Shown here one piece after another: positions 44,540 through 53,941 of a DNA stretch of 64,000 nucleotides. Location: assembly GCA_045631225.1 (NCBI GenBank), contig JAZQUG010000044.1, forward strand, positions 46,700-110,699, written 5' to 3'. The position numbers and the translations under genes were made by a program. Positions within the stretch are counted from its first letter, which is position 1. Each line of letters starts with the position of its first letter. The notes below the pieces were generated by a model, which was not told the DNA's origin, ran no database searches, and worked only from the letters and a program-made list of their open reading frames with translations. This DNA comes from Candidatus Fimenecus sp. (GTDB lineage: Bacteria; Bacillota; Clostridia; Oscillospirales; Acutalibacteraceae).

Positions 44540-44911
44540 TTAGTCATCTCCTTTGAAAAGTTCATTGAGAAGACCTTCAAGCTGTTCTCTGTCAGCACCC
44601 ATAGCCTTGGCATTAATCAGAGAAGTCTTTACTGCATCTAAAGACTGCTGAAGGAAAATGTTTTGAGATTCTGTGTCACCGCTTATGAATACACCTTTTC
44701 CTGCGATTGTGTAGATAACTCCCTGAGCCTCCAACTCCGACAACGCGCGCTTGACGGTGTTGATATTCAAGCCCAGTTGCGCTGAGAGTTGTCTTAAAGA
44801 CGGTAGCTGGTCGTCTTTTTTCAACACTCCCCTACTTATATCAAGGACAATCTGTTCCTTAATCTGTTCATAAATAGGTGTTCTGGAATGATAATCAAGA
44901 AAAATATTCAC
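44540..44911 (-). CDS. GntR-family (YtrA-subfamily) transcriptional regulator
   Basis: 123 aa with a winged-HTH (LPSLRQLSAQLGLNINTVKRALSELE). GTG start has an AGGAGG RBS. Confidence 0.88.
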   Translation of the reverse strand: MNIFLDYHSRTPIYEQIKEQIVLDISRGVLKKDDQLPSLRQLSAQLGLNINTVKRALSELEAQGVIYTIAGKGVFISGDTESQNIFLQQSLDAVKTSLINAKAMGADREQLEGLLNELFKGDD

Positions 44912-44930
44912 GGTGTATCACCTCCTGTTC

Positions 44931-44966
44931 AACTGTACTAACTGTGCTATTTCAATTAGTACAGTT
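44931..44966. promoter_or_regulatory. Putative YtrA operator
   Basis: Perfect 11-bp inverted repeat AACTGTACTAA (44931-44941) / TTAGTACAGTT (44956-44966), just upstream of the gntR RBS. Confidence 0.55.
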
Positions 44967-45015
44967 AGATAATACAGCATAGTTTTCCTTTTGTCAACAG
45001 TTTTTTGAAAGAAAT

Positions 45016-45031
45016 ACAGATTATAATTTGT
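45016..45031. repeat. ACAGATTATAATTTGT, a one-mismatch copy of the 16-bp palindrome
   Basis: Read directly. Intergenic, with no attached GGGG-type element. Confidence 0.5.
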
Positions 45032-45039
45032 ACATATAA

Positions 45040-45068
45040 ACAACAAAGGCGAGGATTTAACCTCGCCC
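45040..45068 (-). terminator. Intrinsic terminator of the GH51-like gene
   Basis: GGCGAGG-ATTTA-ACCTCGCC hairpin followed by a T-rich tract on the minus strand. Confidence 0.6.
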
Positions 45069-45085
45069 TATCATATCATATTTAA

Positions 45086-47338
45086 TTATTTATTATTTTG
45101 TTTGTCTTTAACTTTCTTATGATGCTTTAATCTTGTTGCAAGGATTACTCCGCCTGTCACAAGGACAAAAGCCACCAACACAACAGAAATAATAACATCA
45201 ACTGATGCAGGAATAAATGGTACTATCAATTCCGTTTTTGGAAGCTTGAAAAGTCCACTTCCGTCGTTTGTGTCGTAAGGAATTCTTATTACATTTATTG
45301 AATAACTGCTTACATCATATAAAATCTGATTATCCTTAAGTATAAGTTCATTCTGCACTGGTGCAACGTGTAAGTCCTCACCAAGTTCATTACGAGCAGA
45401 CTTGAAATTCTCTGACATAACGAGCGCTGACGGATTGTTAACATTTTTGAATCCATCAATATTAATATTGATTTTATACGGTGTTTTTGTACTGTTTACA
45501 AGTTTAACATATATAACTTTCTCATCAGTATCAACTGTTACGGAACGATAAACACCCTCCTGTAACTCGTCCTCAACATTTACATAATGTGTTCCCACAT
45601 TGTTTGAAAAGAGCATCTGCATATAATAATCAGGAGTAAGAAGCACTCTGTGAGAATTGAACCAGATAAGACTTGTATCCCTTACCTGAGCATTAATCTT
45701 CCCAAGCGTTGTTTCATAAGATGACATTTGCACAAGGTCACCGTTTCTCTCAACACCTGTTAAAAATGCAGCATTTTCAATAGCAGACCACATATTATTC
45801 TTTGTAACAGTATCACCCATTGATGTGTCAACAGAATATCTGCCCACACCAATCTGCAATCCGCTACGGTCATTTTCGTCATAGACTGTGGATTTTGCGA
45901 AAAGCTTTCCGCCGTTTACACAATAGCTTTCGTCAACAATAACATCTCTGTAAAGCTCCTTCGCCTTGGCAACAACCTGAGCACTCTGACCGTTATCGTC
46001 TGTACAGATAATAATTCTCACATCAGGATACTGACCCTGAATCGCTTTGTAAAGCTCATCAAAGTTTCTCCAGAAAAGCTCACCGTACTCACAGTTTGCT
46101 ATTGCGATATATCGAAGCTTAAAGCTCTTTTGATGTCCGTCCTCTATTCTTTTTGCACCCCATACGGTTGTTTCGTCACCGTTGGCATATTCAAGAAGGT
46201 CGAGAACATCCTGAAGATACATTTCAAAGCCCTCTGTTTCAGGACGGTATGAAATTGTGTCAAGGAATTCCTGCCACTCCTCTTCAGTTATCTCTTCACT
46301 TTCAAAGGCCTCTTTCTTCTTTTCATAAGCTTCAACCTGTGTTGTTACAATACCACCGTTTATTACAGGGATAGCATCAGCACCGATATCCTCACAAAGG
46401 AGAAGATATTCGTACATACCCATTGAATTTGAGTTTACTGCAAACACATTCTTGTTAAAATGTGTAAAGCTTTGTTTTCTTGCTTCAAGAGGACCTGTTG
46501 TCTTTTTCCAGCTACCGATATTTTCGATAGAGGATGAAGCATCAAGCTCGCCTGCTGAAAATCTTACAAAGGATGGTGAGAGATTATAAATCGCTCTCAT
46601 TATGTCACTTCTCAATGACACATATTTCCATGTGCTGTTACCGAAGCCATAGCTACTCATAGGAACGAGAGTAACCTGGTCAATCTGGAAGCTTCCCGTA
46701 CCCTCAAACTGGAGCTGTAAAGCACCGTCAGCAGTAACGTTTGACTTGATTTCAAGTGTTATCGGCATCCATTGAGCACAATGGTCAATATTGAACTGAT
46801 ATTTCTCCGTATTTCCTTCTGCAGAAAGTGATGCTGTTATTGTACCTGTATAATCAACATTTCTGAAATAGGCAGTAAACTGATAAATCTCATTTTTCTT
46901 GAAGGTCATATCAGGCTTGCCTGCCTTCTGAGAATTCACCTGATATGTTTTGTAGTTGTAAAATTCCGTATAACCGAGGTTTTTCACAGTACCCTTACCG
47001 TCAACTGTAACAGAAAGGTAATTTGTATTATTTTCGTTAAGTGACTCCTCAGTCATTATGCTGTAGGTCTCGGCATCAATATCCCATGCTGCGATAGGAT
47101 TGTTGCTGTACTCAAAGGAATTGTTGTTCACAAGATTTGACACAAGACCGCCGTCAACAGCATTTCCCACATTTTCAAGAGTAAGACCGTAAAGGTCACC
47201 ACTTATGGAATGAGCAATATTTTTTGAGGAAATATTAAGTGACGGGATAATCTTTTGTGACACAGCACTTCCTGTAAGACCGAAAAAAGCAGAAGCAATC
47301 ACCATAACAGATAAAAGCAGGGCTATAATTTTTTTCAT
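45086..47338 (-). CDS. GH51-like alpha-L-arabinofuranosidase-family protein with signal peptide, CBM-like N-domain and C-terminal TM anchor
   Basis: N-terminal SLVNNNSFEY-type motif, catalytic-region resemblance (EYANGDETTVWG...RYIAIANCEYG, IVDESY), and a C-terminal hydrophobic helix plus basic tail. Confidence 0.55.
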   Translation of the reverse strand: MKKIIALLLSVMVIASAFFGLTGSAVSQKIIPSLNISSKNIAHSISGDLYGLTLENVGNAVDGGLVSNLVNNNSFEYSNNPIAAWDIDAETYSIMTEESLNENNTNYLSVTVDGKGTVKNLGYTEFYNYKTYQVNSQKAGKPDMTFKKNEIYQFTAYFRNVDYTGTITASLSAEGNTEKYQFNIDHCAQWMPITLEIKSNVTADGALQLQFEGTGSFQIDQVTLVPMSSYGFGNSTWKYVSLRSDIMRAIYNLSPSFVRFSAGELDASSSIENIGSWKKTTGPLEARKQSFTHFNKNVFAVNSNSMGMYEYLLLCEDIGADAIPVINGGIVTTQVEAYEKKKEAFESEEITEEEWQEFLDTISYRPETEGFEMYLQDVLDLLEYANGDETTVWGAKRIEDGHQKSFKLRYIAIANCEYGELFWRNFDELYKAIQGQYPDVRIIICTDDNGQSAQVVAKAKELYRDVIVDESYCVNGGKLFAKSTVYDENDRSGLQIGVGRYSVDTSMGDTVTKNNMWSAIENAAFLTGVERNGDLVQMSSYETTLGKINAQVRDTSLIWFNSHRVLLTPDYYMQMLFSNNVGTHYVNVEDELQEGVYRSVTVDTDEKVIYVKLVNSTKTPYKININIDGFKNVNNPSALVMSENFKSARNELGEDLHVAPVQNELILKDNQILYDVSSYSINVIRIPYDTNDGSGLFKLPKTELIVPFIPASVDVIISVVLVAFVLVTGGVILATRLKHHKKVKDKQNNK

Positions 47339-47499
47339 TTTTCCGTCACCGTCCTTAACTCGAAATTATACTATTATATATTTTACCAATAAAAATTCAA
47401 TATGTCGAGTATTTTTAGGGATTTTTTTACCTGTTCTGTTGATTTTTTTGTGTATAATCTATATAATCAAATCATACTTGGATTTTTGGGGGATTTTTT

Positions 47500-50400
47500 A
47501 TGGCAAAGAAAAAGGTTTATACTATCTCAAATGCCCATCTTGACACTATCTGGAGCTGGGACTTTGAAACAACCGTAGGCGAATACATACGAAACACACT
47601 TACAGAGAATTTTCAGCATTTCAGAAAATATCCTGATTACAAATTCAATTTTGAGGGCTCATACCGTTATGAGCTTATGAAGGAATACTACCCTGAAATG
47701 TGGGAGCAGATGAAATCATATATTGCACAGGGCAAATGGAATGTGTGCGGTAGTGCCTTTGAAAACGGTGATGTGAATGTACCGTCACCTGAAGCACTTT
47801 TCAGAAATATTCTTTTAGGTAACGAATATTTTGATAAAAATTTCGGAAAGCGCAGCTGTGATATCTTCCTCCCTGACTGCTTCGGCTTCGGATATGCCTT
47901 ACCGTCAATTATGCACCACGCAAACCTTAAGGGCTTCACAACACAGAAGCTTACATGGGGTTCAGCATACGGAATCCCTTTTGACCTTGGTAAATGGTAC
48001 GGTGTTGACGGAAATTACGTTTACGGAAACACAAATCCGGGGTCTTACACAAGCGTTTTGTTAAAGGTTCGTGACAAAAAATTCGTAAAGGATAAATTAA
48101 AATCAAATGAGCAGTACGATTTGCCTATGACTGCTATCTTCCACGGTGTGGGTGACCGTGGCGGTGCACCAAAGGAGCCGTCAGTAAAAACTGTCTGTGA
48201 CGAAATCAAGAAGAATAACACAAGTGATGTTGAGGTTTTATCAGCACCTGCTGACCTGATTTTCCGTGATATTGACGCTTTGCCAGAAAATGTAAAGCAG
48301 AAATTACCTGTATGGAACAACGAGCTTGTTATGACAAACCACGCTGTTGGTGGCTATACATCACGTGCTATAGGTAAGCGTTGGAACAGACGAAACGAAG
48401 AAATCGCAGATATGGCTGAGCGTGCTTGTGTTACTGCTATGGTGACAAAGGGCTATAATTATCCGCAGGAGCCTCTTACAAAGGCTTGGAAACGAGTTAT
48501 TGCTCATCAGTTCCACGACGATTTACCCGGAACATCAGTTCAACGTGCATACAGAAGAAGTTGGAACGACTATGCAATGTCACTCAATCAGTTCGCAAAC
48601 GAATATGAAGGTGCGGTAAAATCAATTGCATCAAAAATTGACACATCTTTTGTAAAAGGTACAGCAGTTGTTGTTAATAATCCAATGGAATACGAAAGAA
48701 CAAGCGTTGTAACAGTTAATATTCCTGCAAAATTCTGTGGTAAAAACATAACTGTTCTTGATGCTGACGGTAAAGAATATGCAGCACAGATTGCAAGTGT
48801 TAAAAATGGCATTGCAACAATTCTTATGTGCGTTACTGTTCCTCCTATGGGTTACAAGGCTTTTGATATCAGAAACAAGAAATGTCAGGTTAAATCAAAG
48901 CTTTTTGCATCAATTATGATGCTTGAAAATGAAAAATATCGAGTAGTACTTAACAGTAACGGTGATATTTCTTCAATTTTCGATAAGGAACTGAAAAAAG
49001 AAGTTTTAAGCAAACCAATCACAACAGGCATTTTCGATTATAACGGTAGTAAAGACTGGCCAGCATGGGAATTGAATTTCGATGAACTTAATCGTGAACC
49101 ACAGAACAGTACAAAAATCAAGACTGTAAAAGTTATTGAAAATGGACCTTGTCGAGTAGCTCTTGAAATTGTAAAAGCATTTGGTGACAGTACATTTACT
49201 TCTGTTGTTGCACTCAGTCGTGGTGGCAAGGTTGTTGAAGTTTACACAGAGACTGAATGGCGTAGTAAACGACATCTTGCAAAGGAAGTTTTCTCATTTT
49301 CTGCTGAAAGTCCTGTGGCAACTTATGACCTTGGTCTTGGCGCAATCAAGCGTGGCAATATGAACGACAAGCTCTTTGAAGTTCCTGCTCAGAAATGGGC
49401 TGATATTACAGATAAAGACGAACAGTTCGGTGTTTCAGTAATCAGTGAATGTAAATACGGTTGGGATAAATTTGACAACAGCACTCTCCGTCTTACTCTT
49501 ATGCATACACCATATAAAAATTACAAGGTTGACAGTATGCAGTCAATGATGGAATTAGGTCTTAACAGATATTCATACGCTATTTACTCTCACGAAGGCA
49601 CCGTTGCACACGATACACAAACAGAGGCACGAAATTTTGTAATGCCTATGGCGTCGTTTGTAGTGTCAAAGCACGACGGTGAATATAGCGAATACTCATT
49701 TGGCTCACTTTCAGGAAATGCAATAATCCGTGCAATGAAAAAAGCTGAAAACAGTGATGAAATCATTGTCCGTATCGGTGAAAGTGAAAAGAAAACACAG
49801 AAAGACATTACTCTTTCATTGAATTGCGATGTTGTTTCTGCAAGAGAAATCTATGCATCGGAAGAACATATTGCTGATGTTCCTCTCACAGACGGAAAAC
49901 TTGTATTTGACTTAAAGCCATATGAAATCAAATCATTTGCAATCAAAGTAAAAACTGGAGAAGCTACAAACAATACTTTGACAAATATTCCTCTTCTTGG
50001 AAACATTGAAGCATTCTCAACAAATGCAAAACCAACAGGTAAGCTTCCTGTTATCAACAAGTCAATTCCAAAGGAAATTGTTCCTCAGACTGTAGCTTCT
50101 GCCGGTGTTGATTTCCCAATTCCGGAAAAAGCAATGCTTTGTTGTGGTCAGAGTCTTCTTTTGCCAACAGACACAAAGAAAGTACATCTTCTCGTAGCCT
50201 CTCTTAATGGTGACAAATACGCTAAAATCAACGACTATGCATATAAAATCAACGACATTACAGAATATTATGCAGGTTGGGATTTATACGATTTCAAGGA
50301 AGTTGCATACACAAAGCAAGGCAAATTGGGTTACGAATTTACTCATTCTCACACTGAGACCGGTGATGCTCAGTGTGCACAGTTGTTCTTCTGGCACATA

Positions 50401-50655
50401 GAAGTTGATACAGAAAACAATGATACGCTCAATTTCCCTATTGATAAGGATATAATTGTTCTTTCTGCTGTTGCAGATACAAATGAACAGTTATGTGAGC
50501 TTTCTTGTGAACTTTATGACAAAATCGAAGGTCGCCAATTCACTTACAAGGAAAACCTCAAAGAAAAGCTTACATATTTAAACTGCAAAAACTCATATCT
50601 TCTCAATGACAAAGGTGGAGCAATTAAACACAGAAATAAGGGAAGGAGAAAATAA
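47500..50655 (+). CDS. GH38 alpha-mannosidase
   Basis: 1051 aa. N-terminal metal-site motif SNAHLDTIWSW and HQFHDDLPGTS. Confidence 0.88.
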   Translation: MAKKKVYTISNAHLDTIWSWDFETTVGEYIRNTLTENFQHFRKYPDYKFNFEGSYRYELMKEYYPEMWEQMKSYIAQGKWNVCGSAFENGDVNVPSPEALFRNILLGNEYFDKNFGKRSCDIFLPDCFGFGYALPSIMHHANLKGFTTQKLTWGSAYGIPFDLGKWYGVDGNYVYGNTNPGSYTSVLLKVRDKKFVKDKLKSNEQYDLPMTAIFHGVGDRGGAPKEPSVKTVCDEIKKNNTSDVEVLSAPADLIFRDIDALPENVKQKLPVWNNELVMTNHAVGGYTSRAIGKRWNRRNEEIADMAERACVTAMVTKGYNYPQEPLTKAWKRVIAHQFHDDLPGTSVQRAYRRSWNDYAMSLNQFANEYEGAVKSIASKIDTSFVKGTAVVVNNPMEYERTSVVTVNIPAKFCGKNITVLDADGKEYAAQIASVKNGIATILMCVTVPPMGYKAFDIRNKKCQVKSKLFASIMMLENEKYRVVLNSNGDISSIFDKELKKEVLSKPITTGIFDYNGSKDWPAWELNFDELNREPQNSTKIKTVKVIENGPCRVALEIVKAFGDSTFTSVVALSRGGKVVEVYTETEWRSKRHLAKEVFSFSAESPVATYDLGLGAIKRGNMNDKLFEVPAQKWADITDKDEQFGVSVISECKYGWDKFDNSTLRLTLMHTPYKNYKVDSMQSMMELGLNRYSYAIYSHEGTVAHDTQTEARNFVMPMASFVVSKHDGEYSEYSFGSLSGNAIIRAMKKAENSDEIIVRIGESEKKTQKDITLSLNCDVVSAREIYASEEHIADVPLTDGKLVFDLKPYEIKSFAIKVKTGEATNNTLTNIPLLGNIEAFSTNAKPTGKLPVINKSIPKEIVPQTVASAGVDFPIPEKAMLCCGQSLLLPTDTKKVHLLVASLNGDKYAKINDYAYKINDITEYYAGWDLYDFKEVAYTKQGKLGYEFTHSHTETGDAQCAQLFFWHIEVDTENNDTLNFPIDKDIIVLSAVADTNEQLCELSCELYDKIEGRQFTYKENLKEKLTYLNCKNSYLLNDKGGAIKHRNKGRRK

Positions 50656-50658
50656 GCG

Positions 50659-52125
50659 ATGGCAGAAAACAAAGGCGACATCCGTTATGTCGGTGTCAAG
50701 GAAACACTTGCCTATGGTATTGCAAATGCCGGACAATGCTTCGGATATAACATTATCGCAGGTAGTTATCTTTCACTTTTCTTCACAAAGGTTTTTGGTG
50801 TTCCTCCTGAAGCCGTTGCAGCAATGATGCTGTTTTTAGGTCTCTGGGACACATTTAACGACCCACTTATGGGTACAATCGTTGACAAGACACGAACAAG
50901 ATACGGAAAACTCCGTCCATATCTCTTAATTATCCCTGTTCCATTAGGTCTTGCAACAATTCTTCTTTTTGCAGGTCCACAGCTTCTTGGTGACAAAGTA
51001 GAGGTAACAGCGAAAATTATTTATATGTTTGTCACCTATTTCTTCTGGGAATTGTTCTACACTTTAGGTGATGTTCCGTTCTGGGGAATGAGTGCTGCTA
51101 TCAGCCCATCACCGTCTGACAGAACAAGAGTAATTTCATCAGCAAGATTCATTTCAGGTATTCTCGGTGGTATTTCAACACCGATTCTTACAGTTCTTAT
51201 GGACTTAAGCAATAACGGTACAATCCCGCTTTCACTTTCTCAGGTTTTCTTGCTTATGTCAATTATTTCGGCAACCTACGGAATGGGACTTTTCTCATTG
51301 GCAGGCTTCTGCACAAAAGAAAGAGTCGTACAAACAGTTAAAGAACCAAGCGTTCTCGACGGATTCAAAGCATTACTCAGAAATAAACCTCTTCTTTTAA
51401 TTGTTATCGGAAATGTATTGTCAGCAATCAGCGGTATCGGTAATTTCTTCCAGGCATACTATTATTCCGAAGTTGTTCAGATGAATTCACTTACAATCAT
51501 CATTACACTTCCGGGAACAATTTTAGGCTTTATTACATATCTTCTTATTCCAAAGGTTAAGGAAAAGTTTGACAACAGACAGATTATCTTCCTTAACGGT
51601 TTTGTAAGACTTGTAGTTGGCATTATTGTTTTCCTTGTGGGTGTAACCTGCTTTACAAACCTTTGGGTTGTTGTGCCGCTTCTTATGATTCAGAATTTCC
51701 TTTTCAGCTTCTTTAACACAATCAATATGGTTATTCCTACTGAAATGATTGGTGACACAATCGACTATATGGAATGGAAAACAGGCGAAAGAAATGAAGG
51801 CGTTTCATTCTCTGTGCTTACATTTGTTGGTAAGCTTACAGGTTCAATTTCAGGAACTTTAGGTAATCTCTTACTTCCTTTGATTGGTCTTTCATTCGTT
51901 CAAATCAGTGCAACAGAAACAATGACTGTAAAAGCTTATGATTACACAGATACTCTTATCTGGGGTATGTTCACATTAGCTCCTGCTATTTTAGGTCTTC
52001 TTCCACTTATTCCATATATCTGGTATGACCTTACAGGTGAAAAACTCAAGCAAGTTCGTGAAGAAATGGCTGAACGCAGAACTGTGCTTTCAGCTGAAGT
52101 TTCAGGAGGTGGCAAAAATGAGTAA
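50659..52125 (+). CDS. GPH/MFS-family glycoside-cation symporter
   Basis: 488 aa, about 12 TM helices, GPH-type motif LWDTFNDPLMGTIVDKTRTRYGKLRPY. Confidence 0.85.
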   Translation: MAENKGDIRYVGVKETLAYGIANAGQCFGYNIIAGSYLSLFFTKVFGVPPEAVAAMMLFLGLWDTFNDPLMGTIVDKTRTRYGKLRPYLLIIPVPLGLATILLFAGPQLLGDKVEVTAKIIYMFVTYFFWELFYTLGDVPFWGMSAAISPSPSDRTRVISSARFISGILGGISTPILTVLMDLSNNGTIPLSLSQVFLLMSIISATYGMGLFSLAGFCTKERVVQTVKEPSVLDGFKALLRNKPLLLIVIGNVLSAISGIGNFFQAYYYSEVVQMNSLTIIITLPGTILGFITYLLIPKVKEKFDNRQIIFLNGFVRLVVGIIVFLVGVTCFTNLWVVVPLLMIQNFLFSFFNTINMVIPTEMIGDTIDYMEWKTGERNEGVSFSVLTFVGKLTGSISGTLGNLLLPLIGLSFVQISATETMTVKAYDYTDTLIWGMFTLAPAILGLLPLIPYIWYDLTGEKLKQVREEMAERRTVLSAEVSGGGKNE

Positions 52126-52735
52126 CAGATGTCCGAAATGCAACGAAAAACTCTCTCCACTCTATATGAAACAGAACTGTCCGAAATGCAACACAAATCT
52201 TGTGTATTATGATTTGGATAACCGTCTCAAATCAGACCACGAACAGGCAATGCGTGAACAAGAAGCAGTTGATAAGGTTTTAAATAACATTAAAACCTCT
52301 GCATTTGGCGGACCATTACAGATAGCTCGTTTTATCCTTATGTTTTCCCCTCTTTTGTGGATGTGCTTACCAACATTCAAGGCGGTTGACGGCGAAAACA
52401 TAACACTTATAAGTGTTATTATGGGAATCATTAATGGTGAATTAGCATTTGATAAAATTTTGAGTGATAAATCATTTTTATTCCCAGTTATCACAATGGC
52501 TTGTGTTATAATTTTCTCCATTCCTGTGATTATCTCAACGCTGTTTTCAATTGGTGAAAAATCATACAAACGCATTAAGATTTTTAAATATATATACGGA
52601 TTTGTTCTCTTAATTTGTCTTGCATTGTGTTATTGGGGTGGCTCATACATTTCCTTTGGTTTTATCCTTATTGTAATTACCTTTGGTATAGTAAATACAC
52701 TTCATAAAAAGATTGACAACAAGCTTAACAAATAA
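52118..52735 (+). CDS. Zinc-ribbon (2x CPKCN) membrane protein of unknown function
   Basis: ATG 52118 has a GGAGGTG RBS and overlaps the transporter stop by 8 nt. N-terminus CPKCNEKL...CPKCNTNL, followed by about 4 TM helices. Confidence 0.6.
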   Translation: MSNRCPKCNEKLSPLYMKQNCPKCNTNLVYYDLDNRLKSDHEQAMREQEAVDKVLNNIKTSAFGGPLQIARFILMFSPLLWMCLPTFKAVDGENITLISVIMGIINGELAFDKILSDKSFLFPVITMACVIIFSIPVIISTLFSIGEKSYKRIKIFKYIYGFVLLICLALCYWGGSYISFGFILIVITFGIVNTLHKKIDNKLNK

Positions 52736-52741
52736 AACCTC

Positions 52742-53046
52742 AAATTATAATTTGTAGGGGAGAAATGAAGTGCAAAATGTAAAACGCAAAGTGCAAAGTG
52801 TCGGAACTGCGTTGCTGATTTATAATTGGCTCCCCTTGTCAGGGTGCGGGTGTCCGGTGGACACCTCTGCGAAGCAGAAGCACCGATCGAACCGGCAGGT
52901 GAGACTTAGCTGTCAACGAAGTTGACTGAGGGGTAGTCAAAAACATTGATTTTATTTATCTCTCCCTCCGTCAAAACCTGCGGTTTCGCCACCTCCCTCG
53001 TCAGAGGGAGGCAGGAGTACGCCATCTATTCACCCCGATAAACTCC
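52742..53046. mobile_element. MITE/REP-like non-coding element (E2), same family as 25496-25716, inverted orientation
   Basis: Starts AAATTATAATTTGTAGGGGAGAAATGAAGT and ends CACCCCGATAAACTCC. GC-rich hairpins at 52849-52865, 52912-52926 and 52992-53011. GCGAAGC at 52869-52875. Confidence 0.5.
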
Positions 53047-53067
53047 AATTTAATAAATAAAAAAAAC

Positions 53068-53091
53068 AAAGGAGTTTTTACTCCTTTTTTA
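53068..53091. terminator. Bidirectional intrinsic terminator
   Basis: AAAGGAG-TTTTTA-CTCCTTT hairpin flanked by an A-run and a T-run. Confidence 0.65.
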
Positions 53092-53155
53092 TTGCAATAT
53101 TTTCATATTATGGTAAAATAAAACTTAACAAAATTTAAAGAGAAGGTGCAGATAA

Positions 53156-53875
53156 ATGAATTTACACATTTTTGATACTGCAGAACAGATTGCAGTAGCA
53201 GTAGGTAATATGATGATTGAACAAGTAAATGCAAAACCTGACTCTGTTATGGGCTTTGCAACAGGTGCTTCTCCTGTTCCTACATACCAATATTTAATCA
53301 AATGCTTTAACGAAGGTAAGGTTAGCTTCAAGGATATGACAACATTCAACCTTGACGAATACTGCGACCTTCCTGTTGAAGATAAAAACAGCTATTTTAC
53401 ATTTATGCACGAAAATCTTTTCAATCATATTGATGTGAATGAAGACAATGTTAACTTCCTTAACGGTAATGCAGCTGACAGCGAAGCAGAATGCATTCGT
53501 TACGACAACCTTATCGATGAAAAGAAAATTGATGTTCAGCTTTTAGGCATCGGTCAGAACGGTCACATCGGATTTAATGAGCCGGCTGACAAATTTACAA
53601 AAGGTTCATTCAAAGTTCAGCTCACACAGAGCACTATTGATGCTAATTCAATCTACTTTGATGAAAACCCAATGCCACACTATGCACTTACAATGGGCAC
53701 AGTTTCAATTATGAAGTCAAAGAAAATTATTCTTATTGCAACAGGCAAAAGCAAAGCAGACGCTATCTACGGTCTTGTAAACGGTGACATCTCACCTGCT
53801 TGCCCTGCATCAATTTTACAGGTTCACCCTGATGTTCATATCTTTATGGACAAAGCTGCAGCAGCAAAATTATAA
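53156..53875 (+). CDS. nagB: Glucosamine-6-phosphate deaminase
   Basis: GFATGASP and LLGIGQNGHIGFNEP motifs. Confidence 0.92.
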   Translation: MNLHIFDTAEQIAVAVGNMMIEQVNAKPDSVMGFATGASPVPTYQYLIKCFNEGKVSFKDMTTFNLDEYCDLPVEDKNSYFTFMHENLFNHIDVNEDNVNFLNGNAADSEAECIRYDNLIDEKKIDVQLLGIGQNGHIGFNEPADKFTKGSFKVQLTQSTIDANSIYFDENPMPHYALTMGTVSIMKSKKIILIATGKSKADAIYGLVNGDISPACPASILQVHPDVHIFMDKAAAAKL

Positions 53876-53898
53876 TTCAAAACCAAATAATCATAAAA

Positions 53899-53936
53899 AT
53901 CCACCCCGCAGTAATTGCGAGGTGGATAATTTTTTG
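53899..53936. terminator. Bidirectional intrinsic terminator
   Basis: ATCCACC...GGTGGAT hairpin followed by a T-run. Confidence 0.65.
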
Positions 53937-53941
53937 TTGTT

